This document shows, in pieces, positions 38,067-51,921 of a stretch of 64,000 bases of DNA (its first letter is position 1; each line of letters starts with the position of its first letter). A program made the position numbers and the translations under genes. The stretch comes from Lytechinus pictus (Eukaryota): assembly GCF_037042905.1 (NCBI RefSeq), contig NC_087250.1, forward strand, positions 8,868,001-8,932,000, written 5' to 3'. A model generated the notes under the pieces. That model worked only from the letters and a program-made list of their open reading frames with translations, did no database searches and was not told the DNA's origin.

Positions 38067-41000
38067 CTTTAGTACTCCCTAGGTATTCAAAGAAATGAGC
38101 ATTCAATGTAGTTCATACTCTCAAGTCATCAGACATCAGGTTTTTGTTTTTTGGTTGGAAATTGAGTATTATTTGAACTATGGTTTTTTTAAATTAAAAA
38201 AGTATTCCCTTTTCTGCTTCCAGTAAATAAAAAAAAATGAAGAGTAACATCTAGTATTTTGTAACACAATATTTCTCTTACCCATTGGACAAGTTAAGAG
38301 CTGCTGCACTTATCCCCCCCCCCCCTCGACCCCCCCAAAAACAGAACTTGAAAAAAAACAATTGAATGAGCATTTTGTGACACAATTAGAGGATTTTATT
38401 TTTTTATTCCTCTTTCTCTTGTGCTACTGCACATATATCCCTCCTAGATAAACCCTACTCCTCCCCCCCCCAAAAAAAAATGAATAGGAAAATAAGTGTT
38501 TTGCCTTTCGGAGGCGAGGTCCCTCTATTGACATGCTTGACTCCGACTCTAGATGGATGCCCCTGACTATGCCTTTGCTTTGGCATTGCCCCACCCCCTT
38601 TCCTAAATAAACCCTTGGCCTTGCAGTAATCATTAATAATATCGTTCTGAGAAATCATTGGATCCAAGCCCTAAAAAAGATCCTCCAAGTAAACAAAAAC
38701 AAGCAAACACTCATACTTGCTTACACACAAATATGAAGAAGGAAAATAACCGGTCACACATGATCATGACACAAGAGCCGCAACTGCGCAAGGCGCAACA
38801 CATGCACAGCTCTCTCTCTCAGCCTGGTAACCCAGGCCAGGGCTCGTCCGTGTAATACTAGGCAGACATGAGAACTCTCCAAAATGGGGTAGAATGGGGT
38901 CGCAATAGCACTCCAAATAAAAGGAGTGCTATTGCGACCCCATTTTAGAGAGTACCGGTACCCTGTCCCTACCCACACATGGGCTCATATCATCTCGCGT
39001 GCGAAGGAATATCATTCATAATAACGCGACACACACGACACATCCATATATAGTCACGTATTGTATTACCGGACACTATTGTGATTCCGGACGCGCATAT
39101 AAATGCGTTCGAAAACAGTTTCGTACCGTAAGACTTCCGCAATTCACTTTCACAGATCAATACATAGAACAAGATTGCAAAAACAAGGCGAAAAAATCAA
39201 ATTTCTACCTTATTTATCTCTAAAATGACAGAAAATGCTTAAAATATCATATAACATAGTTTTGCATTAACAATTGAATGAATTGATATATTTTCTAACG
39301 GAAATATGGGCCTGATTTGCCAAATTTCAATCTCGTCGGCTCCTTCGATCGAATGATGAGGTGAGGTGTATTGTGGGTGATCGTCGACGGCTAGTTCTAA
39401 AGTACCGTGCGCGAGGTTTACCGTGAGTAGAGCCGTTGACGATCGGCTGCGCATCGATAGAACTTGATGAGCGTCACGAATGGAACGAGTGCTCACTGGA
39501 AAGTGCCATGAAACATGCAGCTAACCAAAACATAAAAAATAAATTAAGTTATCAAACACGAATTTATTACCAACATCTGCTCAGATTCGATATAAAAAAA
39601 GCAAACAAAAAGTTAGAATTTATTCATGATATGATATAAGAAGAAAAAAATCACAGAAATTTATTCTCACATCATTATAATCAAGGATATCTTTACCCGT
39701 CCGGCGCGCGTCCGGAATCATGATGTAATTTGTCGCGCACGAAAATAATTGTTTTTCGTGGCGGGGTATGCGGCAGGTGCGATGCAAAGAAAATGGTTGG
39801 TAAATATTAAATAATTTTATCATATTAATAATTTTCATAATATTTGGAATAGCAAGTGCGAATTTTTCTTAATTGTATTTCCTCTCGTTGTCATTTTTAA
39901 AGCACTGAAATAAAGGTGTCCGGCAATAGGATACACTGCCATACTACTGGGCTTTCGCCCACATAAAACATCACACATAATTAGGGATTTCACATTCTGC
40001 TATGACACTTACCCAATCATTTAGATCCTTCCGTGACTTCTCCTTGAAGTTTCTTCTTAAAAATATGTATATTTTCTTGATCTTTAGTGAAGATTTCACG
40101 GAGATAAAATTTGGTCAGCGCCGATATCAATTTTCGTCTAAAGAGGGCGCGCGATTTATATTCATATCAAAGACACGACAAGGGAAAGACTAGGCACCTA
40201 CACTATTTTACACGCAGGTCATTACGCAAAGTCCGTGAAGTGTCCAATCTTTTCATTGTAAAGACTTTGGTATACCGTGTTATTGATTTACTGCTGGTTT
40301 CGTTCCAGGCACGTATATTTTTTTCAATTTTTCTTTATTAGTCATAGTTTTAAATTAATTGCAGAAAAGTGTTATCATCGCCAATAATAATCTTGAATTA
40401 TGTTTTTGACATGTTTGAAGGTATTTCATTTATTGGTGCCCATAATTAGTAAATTAATCATAAGAATTGCGCATTCAAAGAATTTAGACACAGTTAGAAC
40501 TTATGAAATACCGAGGAGCTGAATCAAGGTTGTGAAATTTATTAGCGCCACCAACGGGCCTCCTTGTATTTCCGTAGAAGAGACAAGCGAAGTTACTTTC
40601 CAGGCCGAGGTAAGCGAAATTAGCTCTTTTTGACCGATTATTATTTATTAAATTATATTCAAATTACATTTTCAATTTTTTAATGTATTGCTACTTTACT
40701 TACCGGAAAGAGCCCCGGTGAATACGTAGCGAGAAGGAGTTTCGGCAAATATTACTTCAGCAATGAAGCGATGTTTGCCAACTACTTCGAAATCAAGGGT
40801 CAAACACGGTTCGGTGTACTACTACGAGGTTAGTATATATAGGCCTATATATATACTAACCTCGTACTAGCACGACTAGTGTGAGTGGTCCCTACCTAGA
40901 GTCACTCATTCAATGAACAAGGTTATGATATAACCTTGTTCTTAGTTATATCTCCATGTGTGGCAAAATAAGGATGGCAATGTTTGGCTTATTTTCTCTT

Positions 41001-41455
41001 TTACTTTGGGACAAATGCTTGATTTTTTTACACTGACAGTTTCCATTACACTTATTCGTCATACAACTTGGCCCTTAAGTAAATTTGATTCTTTAAATTA
41101 ATTTTTTCTTAATTAAAAATAGAGATTAAAAAATGAAAATTTTCTTGCCATATTATTTTCCACCAATAGAGGGCGTACACAAAAATATGCCCAAAATTCA
41201 AGTTTGTGAGCGCTCTAGTGAATACAAAAATTAATCCCAAGTTACTAATGAATAATAAATTCTAACTGTACGGAAATTAGTAATTTTGGTCACAAAAGTG
41301 ATATTTTAATCATTTTTTTAAGTGTGTGCTCTGTACAGCATTAGCATGCCAGGCATAGTCCAACCTGTAGATTCCCCACAGGCAGGGTGGTTGCAGTGAA
41401 CAAGTGCCTAGAGAGTAGACTACTGACTGTACTGTAGTGTAACACGGACGAGTCC

Positions 41456-41740
41456 TGGGGATAGCGTTTCATTAAAAGGACTTGTCAGACATTTTATCCG
41501 ACAAGTCCTGTTTTATCCGACAGTTACTATGGTAACAGTGCCTCTCAGCCAATCATAATCAAGGAAAGTTGTCAGACCTGGGGAGCGTTTCATGAAAGGA
41601 CTTGTCGGACGTTTTATCCGACAAGTACTGTTTTATCCGACAGCTACTATGGTAACATTGACTCTCAGCCAATCATTATCAAGGAAAGTTGTCAGATCTG
41701 ACAGCTTGTCGGACGAAAATGTTGATGAAACGCCCCCCTG
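41456..41740. mobile_element. Tandem partial and complete Harbinger-type MITE
   Basis: Two starts CTGGGGA..GCGTTTCAT..AAGGACTTGTC (41456, 41578); end TGATGAAACGCCCCCCTG. Confidence 0.6.
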
Positions 41741-42013
41741 AAAACTTGTCGGACAAAAATGTCGATGAAAGTAAACGCCCCCCAAACTAGGCCCCAAAGC
41801 CAATGCCATGATGATGCAATGCCAATGGGTTCCCCGCGGCCGCGGCTGATCGAGAGTTGCTAAACAGTAAACTGGACTCCGAGTTGAGGCCCTCTCTATC
41901 TCTAAATACGTCACTTATATATCTGACTTACACTTATTCTTTTCCTCGTGTATATCAGTGTATGGACAGGTTGCCGAACAGGGGCGAACACTCTCAAAAT
42001 CAAATTAGCTTAC

Positions 42014-42200
42014 CTCCGAAAACTTCCAAACAACATCAACCACTGGTAACCACACGTGTACAGTACAGTACGACCAGTACCAGTGCGTCTCTGAGATCAA
42101 TCGGAAAAGGAAATTTGTGGGCTGACCCTATTTTCGTCAATGCCGAGTATTCACGGGCTCCGCGAAACCCCGCGCGAAACTGTCCAGGATCCCGTAACGC
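42014..42200 (-). promoter_or_regulatory. Candidate MRI1 first (5'UTR) exon and CpG-rich promoter
   Basis: Strong minus-strand donor GAG|GTAAGC at 42014/42013. Coding exon 1 begins with an acceptor, so an upstream exon is needed. Local CpG enrichment and E2F-like sites TTTCGCGC (42179-42172) and TTTCGCGG. Inference. Confidence 0.5.
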
Positions 42201-42359
42201 GTGAGGCTGGTCAATTTTAATCATTCCCATGATTTTCACGAGTAATTGCAGGCAAAAAAAAAAAAATGAGAAACGAGAATGTTTTATGTCCATTTAGTTT
42301 TATCTTCATTCTATATTGTCATAGTGTTTACCATAAACACTTACTAAATTTATCTATTT

Positions 42360-43182
42360 GAAGAGCTCACTTGCAAAAGGGGTTTGGTCCATTTTCATCA
42401 AATTTGATTCTTTGGTCTCAATGTATAGATTTTTAGTAGCTCTATAAGATGATACCAAAGAAAAGTTGAAATTCCGATTTAAAAGTGATCAAAAATGGCA
42501 AAGAAAATCACTTTTTTTCAAAAGGGGTTAGGTCCATTTCAGTTTAGTTGCAAAAGGGATTAGGCCGGTCCCGCACCGAATTTTTTTGGAAACGAATATT
42601 AAAAAAAATATGAATAAAGGTAGATTTCTTTTATACCCAATCTTATGTTGTCATGGTAGGGAATCTTGAAAATTTAGTTTCGCATAAGAATATGCAATAT
42701 AGGAGAATTAAAAAAAAATGATTTTCTTGGAGTGGACCTAACCCCTTTTGCAAACAAACTCTTCTAAAGAGCTCATTTGTCAAAAGGGGTTAGGTCCATT
42801 GTTCATAAATTTAATTGTTTTCTGTCTCAAAACCTCTAAATTTTTAGTCGCTTTGATAAAAACAAAGAAAATTTGAAATTTACTTGAAAACGTGAAAAAA
42901 GTGGCAAAGAAAAATCAACTTTTTAATCAAAATAGATTGGATTCATTTCAGTTTACTTGCAAAAGGGCTTAGGTCCACAATGATAATTTTCGAAAGAATT
43001 TATAGAAAAAAATTGAAGACAGTTAGATTTCTTTTATACCCAATTTTATGTTTACATGATAGGGTAGTACATCATGACAATTTAGTTTCTCATAAGAATA
43101 TTGCAGTAAGTGAGAATAAAAAATATGGTTTTTCTCAGAATGGTCCAAAGTGGACCTAAGCCCTTTTGCAACTAAACTCTTC
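42360..43182. mobile_element. Sola-like dimeric MITE copy 2
   Basis: Same TIRs as 20103-20738; 4-bp TSD ATTT. Confidence 0.75.
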
Positions 43183-43829
43183 ATTTATTAGAACATATCT
43201 ATTCAGGTACAAAATATCAGCATAGAAATGTTTTTCGTCAAATGACCTGATCGATGAAAAGATAAAGAACAACAAAAATCATCATATCATACATGAAAAT
43301 AAAGTCAAAGTCGGAGTCAAAGATAACAATGCTTGGTAAGTTAACATAAACAAACAAATAGTTTTACTTAAATGATAACTTAAAAAAAACGGAGCAGCTA
43401 CTAATTATAAAACTACTGATTGTATATTGTATTAACTGATAATAAACACTGAAATGATAGTAATTAATTAATTATGGTATTATAGGAAATGTATAAACGA
43501 TTGAGTTAAACAATAACAATGAGAAACTATAATGTATGTCTAAAACTATAAAATATCAAAGGGTTAAGATCATTACAAATAATAGCAACGTAGCACCAAT
43601 GTTAAAGAGGAATAAGGGAATTGTATATTACAATAAATAAAGTATAAGTTAGGGTTATTATCGACAAAATCATTGGATTACAAATACTATCCGGGTAGAA
43701 CTGATGGGTATAGGAATATCGGTAATAACATGAAACGCAAGAAAAGATGAAAGATGGTTCTCTTGTATAGTCATATTGCTTACAATGCTAATTTATTTTA
43801 TAGCCTATTGATTTAATTGATTTATTTTT

Positions 43830-45660
43830 ATTTTTTATTTATTTATTCATATACTCATATTCCACAAATTCTCAAAGTACAATTCATAATAAACCATTTA
43901 CAGTATAATATACATCATCTGCATATGCAGTTTTAAAACGTACCAATAAAATGAAAAAAGGTGGAGGGGCCTACTAAAAAGCAACGCTTGTTAGATGTAG
44001 ACCCCCTATCGAAATTATATACAAGGGTAATATATGATATGAATAGAGTAAAATAATTAGCAAAATTCTTTAAATTAATATAGATGTAAACACTGTAACA
44101 CGAATTATATACACTATATAAAAATTTATATATTAACTTTAAAATAATCAGCACTACCGTGGATATAATTGAATCAGTATGAATTCAGAAAAAAAATGAT
44201 GAGTAATATAAATCGATTCAGAGTAGATGCCTTTTTTTATTACTCTGTCTAGAGAAATCCAGATTTTTGGGTCCTGTAAAATATATAGTTTTGCTTGATA
44301 ATACTGTTCGTTTTTTAGGTAAGTGATAGTCATTTGACTGTCTGGTATTATAATTATGAATGCTAGGTATTATTTCTCATCAATTTATTTTGTAGGACAT
44401 TAGGTACACTATTTCTATCTAGCTGATACATGAGTTGGAATAGTTGTAAGCGGTGCGAGTCAATGACTTTAAGAATACGTTTCTGACGAAACAATTCAGC
44501 CGTATGAGCTCTAAAGGGTATATTACATATTATCCTCAGTACTTTTTTCTGAAGTAGAAATATTTTGTTGAGTCTCGTTTAAGAGGCATTTTCCCATGCT
44601 AGAATCCCATTATTAAGATACTGTAGAATTGATGCACAATACAACATGGATAGCGCCTGTGCTAGAAGAACATTTTTTAATTTTGTTGATGAATCCAACA
44701 TTTCTTGCAACAGTTTTTGCAACTATTGTTGATATGAGCATTCCACGTACGTTTGTTATCAATAGTAAGACCTAAATATTTTGTTGCTTGCACTTCATTG
44801 ATTTCAGTATCATCTAAAAGTATTTGATGTGGCAGATGTTTCAATTAATGACTAAAAAGCATGTAACCTGTTTTTTGCAGATTCATTGACAGTTTGTTGG
44901 CTTTATCCAATTTGTTACTTTTTTAAATTCAGCATCCATAGTGCTCACAAGTAAATGTGGATCATGATGTGTTTAAAAAATATTGGAATCATCAGCAAAG
45001 AGAATAAATTAGAGAACATGAGATGAATTTTTCATATACATAAAGTACAAATAGCAGAGGGCCAAGAATACTACCCTGTGGAATTCCACAGGCAATTGGG
45101 CTTGTTGTAGATTCTGATTCATTTACGGTAACAAACTGAATTCTATGAGTAAAGGTAACTCCTGAACTATTGTAAAGCTGTCCCTCTGATAACGTAATTT
45201 GATAGCTTATATAAAAGTATTTCATGATCTATTATATCAAATGCTTTCGAGAAGTCAAGGAACAACCCTACGGTATGATCAGAACTGTCAAAAGAAGTAG
45301 ATATTTTATCTATTAATGTCAAAATAGCATCAGTTGTATATTATGCTTTTTCCTAAAATCGATTTGATTATCGCATACAATACTATATTTATTAAGGAAA
45401 ACACCTGTCCTTTTATAAATTATTCTTTAAAGAATTTTGAGAACGAAGTTAACAAAGATATTGGGCGGTAATTACTAGTAATTAAATGGTCTCCCCTTTT
45501 GAGAATGGGTATAACTTTAGCTATTTTTATCTTCTTTGGTACCTGGCCAAGCTGCAATGACATATTAAATATATGAAGCAGAGGATCAGCGAGAGAATGT
45601 ATAATGTTTTTCACAACGTAATTTAGGGTTATCATTTTATATCTGTGTAAACGTGTAATC
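43830..45660 (-). pseudogene. Decayed LINE (CR1/L2 group) RT
   Basis: KIAKVIPILK.G...NYRPISLL and CGIPQGSILGPLLF in different frames; many stops and frameshifts. Confidence 0.8.
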
Positions 45661-46128
45661 ATCATTTCCTATGCTGCATATAATTGAATTTGAAGAAAAA
45701 CAAAGATATATACAATACAATGACTATTATGCTTCTATTGACAGAAAGATAGAGGGGATTGAGAATGAGATTGAATTACAAAGGTAAAGAAATACTGAGT
45801 CAGATAGAAAAAAAAATAAAACGAGAGAGAGAGGTAGAGAGAGAGACAGAGGGGTAGAGAGAGAGACAGAGGGACAGAGAGAGGGGGGGGGGAGGGTGGA
45901 GAAAAAAGAGGAAATATTTTCTGACTTAAGAGTTTCATTACAGATCGAGCATGCGATCTTAAACACAAAGGAGTAATGCCGAAAATTTGCTCACAAATTA
46001 TTATTACCTCCTATTAAATCCTCTTTATTTACTATCTATTGTACACGGCGGACGGCATTTGCATATTAATGAGTCAGAAAGAAGAGGATAGAGGGTATTT
46101 GTATTCCAGTTCATCGTGACTTAGCCGT

Positions 46129-46200
46129 GAACCAGAATAGCCTGGTGGTTGAGACGCTGCCCGGCAAGCAGTAGATGACAGGTTCAAATCCCACTGGTTC
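46129..46200 (+). pseudogene. tRNA-like cloverleaf (degenerate) between direct repeats
   Basis: Acceptor stem GAACCAG/CTGGTTC; D-loop TGGTGG; anticodon arm GCTGC-CCGGCAA-GCAGT; GGTTCAAATCC. T-stem is mismatched and U33 is absent. Confidence 0.5.
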
Positions 46201-47305
46201 CAATTTTTTCTGACTTATGATTTTCATTATAGATCGAGCATGTGCGATCTTAAACACATAAGAGCAATGCCGAAAATTTGTTCACAAGTTATTATTACAT
46301 CCTATTAAAGCCTCTTTATTTACTAAAATGAAATTAAGTGTGGGGATAGTAGGGTCCATGATTATATTAATGAAAGGGTGTGATAGAAATGATCAATTTC
46401 AATATCTTAATTTAGAAAACGAAATATATTTAAAATAGGCCTCATAACGTTTGTATTCATATGATACGACTCGCATGATATCCTGAAGGACTCGCTCTTA
46501 TTAAGTGCTTTGGGATTGATTTTTTTTCCTGTGTATCCCTTTTTTCGCGATTTTCAAATTGATCATGTATGATGGATCACATTCATACAGAGGTATAATA
46601 GGAGTACAACTATTTTAAGACTTCAAAAAATAATTAATTAATCCGTAATTTAGGAGGACATTACAAAAAAAGTTCTTATTCTGTGATGTCAGAGCGGAAT
46701 AATGCACGTGGCTCCGTTTTAGATCTCTTTTTGGATCATTCCCTCGCCTTCGTCTCGAGCATATAACAATGTAGACATATCCGCTTGGTTGTAATTTTCA
46801 TTGTTCCAGTTAATGTTAAATTTTAGACGTACGTGTCATTGCCTGATAAACATGTGTGTTATCTACCCTACGGTTTAACCATTAGTACATAAATTATACA
46901 TTTAACCAGAGTCCTTGGAGTAACTTTGATACAAGAATTCTTTTCACTAATTGCAAAAGAGGTACCGAAAATTGAGCATTTATCACGGTTCCGCGTAAAC
47001 AAACATGCGTATATAAGCCCCCAAAGCGGTTCTAGCTGCCGTTGAAACGATATTTTGATTGGAAAACATATGTGAAAAATAATCTGATGGGGGGGGGGGG
47101 GTGTAAAATAAAAGATTGGAAAGAATGAAAGAGTAGCAAACTTACTAACATTATTCTCTCAATGACTGTGTTTGTTTTCTTCAAATATCTAGTCTCAATA
47201 TGTCTTTTTGGATATCTATATTCAAGATTAATGAATTGGCCTACAGTTTCATGTGTATATAGAGAAACAAAAATATTTTAAAAGGAAAAGCACTTGTTCC
47301 ATTAC

Positions 47306-47930
47306 TTAAAGGAGAATGAAACTCTTGGAGCAAGTTAGCTTTTGTGAAAGCAGAAAAATCAAAGAATAAGATCAACAAAAGTTTGAGTAAAATAGGACTA
47401 GCAATAGAAGAGTTATGAGCATTTGAATGTCGATGCTATGGAGATCCTCCCATTGGCAATGCGACCAAGATCTATGATGTCACAGATGAACAACTCTCCC
47501 CTTTTGGACACTGAAAATATACCCCAAAATATCTCTTTTTGCTCATTCTAATCATATGACAAACGATTCATCAATGATATAATGTTGTGAAACCTCTGTA
47601 CTTGTCCTCTCATAAAGAGAACACATCACCTTGTGATAGACTCTATAAAAGTGAGAATATAAGTGAAAAAAGGAATAAAGTAATGAAGGAGTTGTACGCA
47701 CTGAACTGGAAATACGTATTTCCAGTTCAGTGGTTGTACGTGTGTGACATCACAGATCTTGGTCGCATTGCCAATGGGAGGAACTACATGGCATTAGTGA
47801 TCTCAATATTCAAATGCTCAAACCTTTCTTATTATTCATTCAATCTTCCTCAAACTTTCAACAATATGTTTCTTTGATTTTTCTCTTTGATATGGATTCA
47901 GCTCGTTTCAAGGGTTTCATTCTCCTTTAA
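47306..47930. mobile_element. Kolobok/T2-type MITE, family B copy 2
   Basis: Near-identical to 34731-35300, with TTAA flanks and the same TIRs; slightly longer interior. Confidence 0.9.
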
Positions 47931-48336
47931 CAGTGGCATTCTGGGCCAAAAATTTTCAGGGGGATAGATATGACGATTCGGGCAAAATTTAAAGAAAGTT
48001 GCGAGCGAGCGTGCAAAAATTTTGTACATTTTTCTGACAAAAATTTAGATTTGTGATGATTTTGACATAATATTCAGTAAATAATATTAAATTTCACTAT
48101 TTCGCTTTCATTTTCTTTATATTATTTCTGCTTAAAAAATTGACAAACACCACGTTAGCTAGTAAAAGGAAATTCTAGATAAAAAAAGAGATATCCGACT
48201 CTATCACAGATACCAGCAACAAAATAATGTTTAAGAATTGAGGTAATTATCACAAGAATTTGAAAATAGGATTGTACGACTTGCATGAGCCTGCTGGTCA
48301 TGATGTTCACTTGATATGGCGATCAGGAGCCCGTAA

Positions 48337-49522
48337 AGCCCCTTTCACAATTGACGTACGACCTGTTTACGACCACCTGCAACAATTTTTTCTTGTTGTT
48401 GCGCGATCGATCCCTTGGTGTCTTGCGAGCACTCGCAGTCGTTGTAGACGATCGCACAAACTCGAGGTGGTCGGAGGTGATCGTGAGTGGTCGCATCTGA
48501 ACTTTGAACATCTTCAAAATCCAAACGCGATCAAATACGATTGATTCACTCGCAACAAGTCGTACCATCGGTCGGGCGACCATCGTGTTAGTGTTGTTCA
48601 ACGTTGTACGACTTGGTGCGAGAGGTGGCACAACTAAGTATAGTCGCATTTAGTCGACTGGAGGTCGTACAACACTTGCACATGTGCTGGAGACCTACAG
48701 AGACCAGTCTTGCGACTGGGTGCGATAATATAAGACTGTTGCAAGATCGATCGAAATTATGGCTTACAACATTCCACTACCGTTGCATTCGCTTGTATGC
48801 GACTGTTCATCCCCTTTCACAATTGACGTCCGACCAGTTTACGACCGCCTGCAACAGTTTTTTCTTGTTGTTGCACGATCGATCTCTTGGTGTCTTGCGA
48901 GCACACGCAGTCGTTGTAGACGGTCGCACGAACTCGAGGTGGTCGTGACTGGTCACATCTGAACTTTGAACATGTTCAAAATCCGAACGCGATCAAATAC
49001 GATCGATTCACTCGCATCAGGCCGTACCCGGGGTCGTACCATCGCTCGGGCGATCATCGTGTGAGTGTTGTTCAACGTTGTACGACTTGGTGCGAGAGGT
49101 GGCACAACTTAGTAGTCGCATTTACTTGACTGGAGGTCGTACAACACTTGCACATGTGCAAGCGACCTACATGTACATAGACCTGTCTTGCGACTGGTTG
49201 CGATAATAATATGGGCCATAAGACTGTTGCAAGACCGATCGCAACGGCTTACAACATTGCACTACCGTTTCATTCGCATGTATGCGACCGTTCCACTCGC
49301 AATCCCTCGTGCAACACTCGCATGTGATCGCACGAGCACAATAAGAGCATATGCGACTTACTCGTGCAACGGGGTTTACTGGTTGTTTTTGTTGTACGAC
49401 AGTTGTTGCAACTGTGAAAGCCTCTGTGCGATCTTATGAGATGACTAGCGATTGATGCCTGTTGCAGCCTGTCGCACGACCAAAAGGTCGCAAATGGTCG
49501 TACGTCAATTGTGAAAGGGGCT
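48337..49522. mobile_element. CpG-rich PIF/Harbinger-type element with internal 472-bp tandem duplication
   Basis: Perfect 27-bp TIR AGCCCCTTTCACAATTGACGTACGACC; TAA TSD. Confidence 0.82.
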
Positions 49523-51656
49523 TAACACAAAGCTTAGCAATGATCGTAGAACATTTTTCTACAATTGATTGCATTGACTACAATGTACAAACAATCGTGA
49601 AAATCAAGCGTACGTACGATTAATCTCTTATCTTTATGTTATGTTACGGGACCTAGGTTGGTTTTATCCTTAAACCGCAACTCCGCAAGGAACTGAGGAA
49701 AAGTGTTGCCTTCTTTAACAGGGCCCTAGGAACGATTTTCTTTTTTTTTACAGGGGTGCTGGTTTACATTTGACAACCCCCCCAAAAAAAAGGGTTTCTC
49801 TAAAAGGAGATGTTCTTCCAGGATAAATTTGACAGGGCAAAATGAGGGATTTCGCTACAAAAAGAATGAGATTTCCTTCCAGGACAAATTTGACAAGCAA
49901 GCAAAAAAAAAAAAAAAAAAAAAACCGTTTTAACTAACAAATAGATCATTTGTGTAACATTTCTGCCATGTTTTTACCATATCTTTCAGATTTCCAGGGG
50001 ATGCTGCCTATGGGGAATAACACACGCAGCAGCCCCAATAGGGTTGCGATCAGCACCCCCGCCTCCCAGGGCCATGCTGTTTGAATAGCCATAACACCCA
50101 TTTCTTCTTCAAAAAGTAAGAATGAGAAAATAAGCATATCTGAAAGAGTAATACTTAAAAAAAAAAACCAGCAGGACTTTCTTTGACACCGTGCCCTGCT
50201 TGGAAAGTTTCACCGAGATTGCGAAATGTGCACATCTTTTCCAGACCTTGAGTGAACCCGATCTTCAAAGCTTGTTCTTCTTCTTATTATTTGAAGCTCT
50301 TATTGACTTTCCTTGACGTTGCTGTTGTTCCGCTTTAAAAGCACTTATACTGTTATTACATTTTACTGATTTTTAAAAATGATAATTATTAAACAGTTGA
50401 TTACATTAGTAACATATATCAAACACACGGGAGAGGGAGGAAAGGGATAATATACATTTTGACACTCTCAGCTACGATTTTGCTTTTAGTTTTCGTTCAT
50501 TAATCATGATCCGTTACCATAATTTTCTACAACTTACACGGTTCACTCTCCCCACTTTGGGGCAAGATATAGCTGATACACAAGCGATTTTTCGCTCACT
50601 TATAACTTTGCTCCAGTAGATTGGTGTTAAGGAGCTACCTCGCTTCAGCAGGATCGATCAATTCCTATTTTTACCAGAAGTCAGGACTTTTGTGTGATCA
50701 ACAAATTATATAGCTGATCGGGTATCTCACCGAGACTCTGAGGACGAAATTAATTCATAGTGCTTGTTCTTTAGCATAAACGGTAAGATGTTTCAGAACT
50801 ATTGAGATAGCGTTTGGAGAGATATTGACGGAGAGTAGAGATTTAAACAATCAGGGGCGGATCCAGGATTTTCCAAGGGGAGGGGGCACATTTTACCGAT
50901 GAAAGTTTAACAAGCCAAAAAATAAAAATTAATAATAACTGTACAATAAAAAGAAAAAAAAAGAAAAAAAAAGAAAAAAAAAGGTTTTCATCTAAAATTG
51001 AAGGTCATTTCGTCCGCAGAAAATTTGACAAGCGAAAAAAGGTCTTCACTTTCAAGGGGGGGGGGGGGGCACACTTGGGTACAACGGTATATTTACATTA
51101 CAAATTTTGATTATAGCTCTCAAAGGAGGGGGGGGGGTGCAGGGGCCGGATATGGGATGTTAAAACTGAAGTTGGTGTCCCTTGAGGACCACATCCTGAG
51201 GTGTAAAAATTACACCCGAGAGACTAAATGTAATACCCAAAAGTGTAACAGTTACAAAAAGGGGTGTTTTAATAACACCCTTGAGTGTTGAACTAACACC
51301 ACAAATTAAACGCAATACTTGTGGTGTGGTCCTATAAATGTACATCGGTCAACACCACGGTTTTTATTTTTATTTTTTTTATCTGTGTAGGCCTAATGTT
51401 TTTTTTTTATGTTCTTATCATAAATCAGCAAGAATTACGATATTTACAGGAAATTGGCAGGATAACAAAAGAGGTCAAAACATAAAAATAATAAATATAT
51501 AAAATAAAAAAAGAAATACGGGCGGAATATTATGTAAACATATTATTAAGAGCTAACTTTGAGACTGATTGAATATAATGGTTTATTGAATTTTTGAGGT
51601 TTTTGTTCTCCGGAAACGAGTCACTCTCTCCCCCTGCATGCATCTAGGTGTATCTA

Positions 51657-51921
51657 CACTGTAAAAATAAATAAAAAATATTGGGTAAAACTTGTTCCAT
51701 CACGAGGGTAATTATGTGTCCAACCAATTTGGGGCGGTATTTTACCCGATTGCGGGAGAAGCATACTCTCCAGTAAGGTTAAAAAAACAACAATTACTTG
51801 AGAACGGTCACATTTTTTATCACACTGGATAAATAGAAATGCCCAAAAGAAATGCCCAATGTTGGTTGGACACATAATTACCCTCATGGAGCAATTTTAC
51901 CCAATATTTTTTTTTAGAGTG
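51657..51921. mobile_element. EnSpm/CMC-type MITE
   Basis: TA-CACTGTAAAAA...TTTTAGAGTG-TA; inverted internal GAGGGTAATTATGTGTCCAACCAA. Confidence 0.7.

Noticed and set aside
46129..46200. Functional tRNA-Ala(GGC) gene
   Set aside because: T-stem mismatches and C instead of the invariant U33; kept only as tRNA-like.
48260..49439. Cluster of 70-115 aa ORFs
   Set aside because: Inside a GC-rich non-autonomous transposon; frames are not preserved between its two internal duplicates and there are no transposase motifs.
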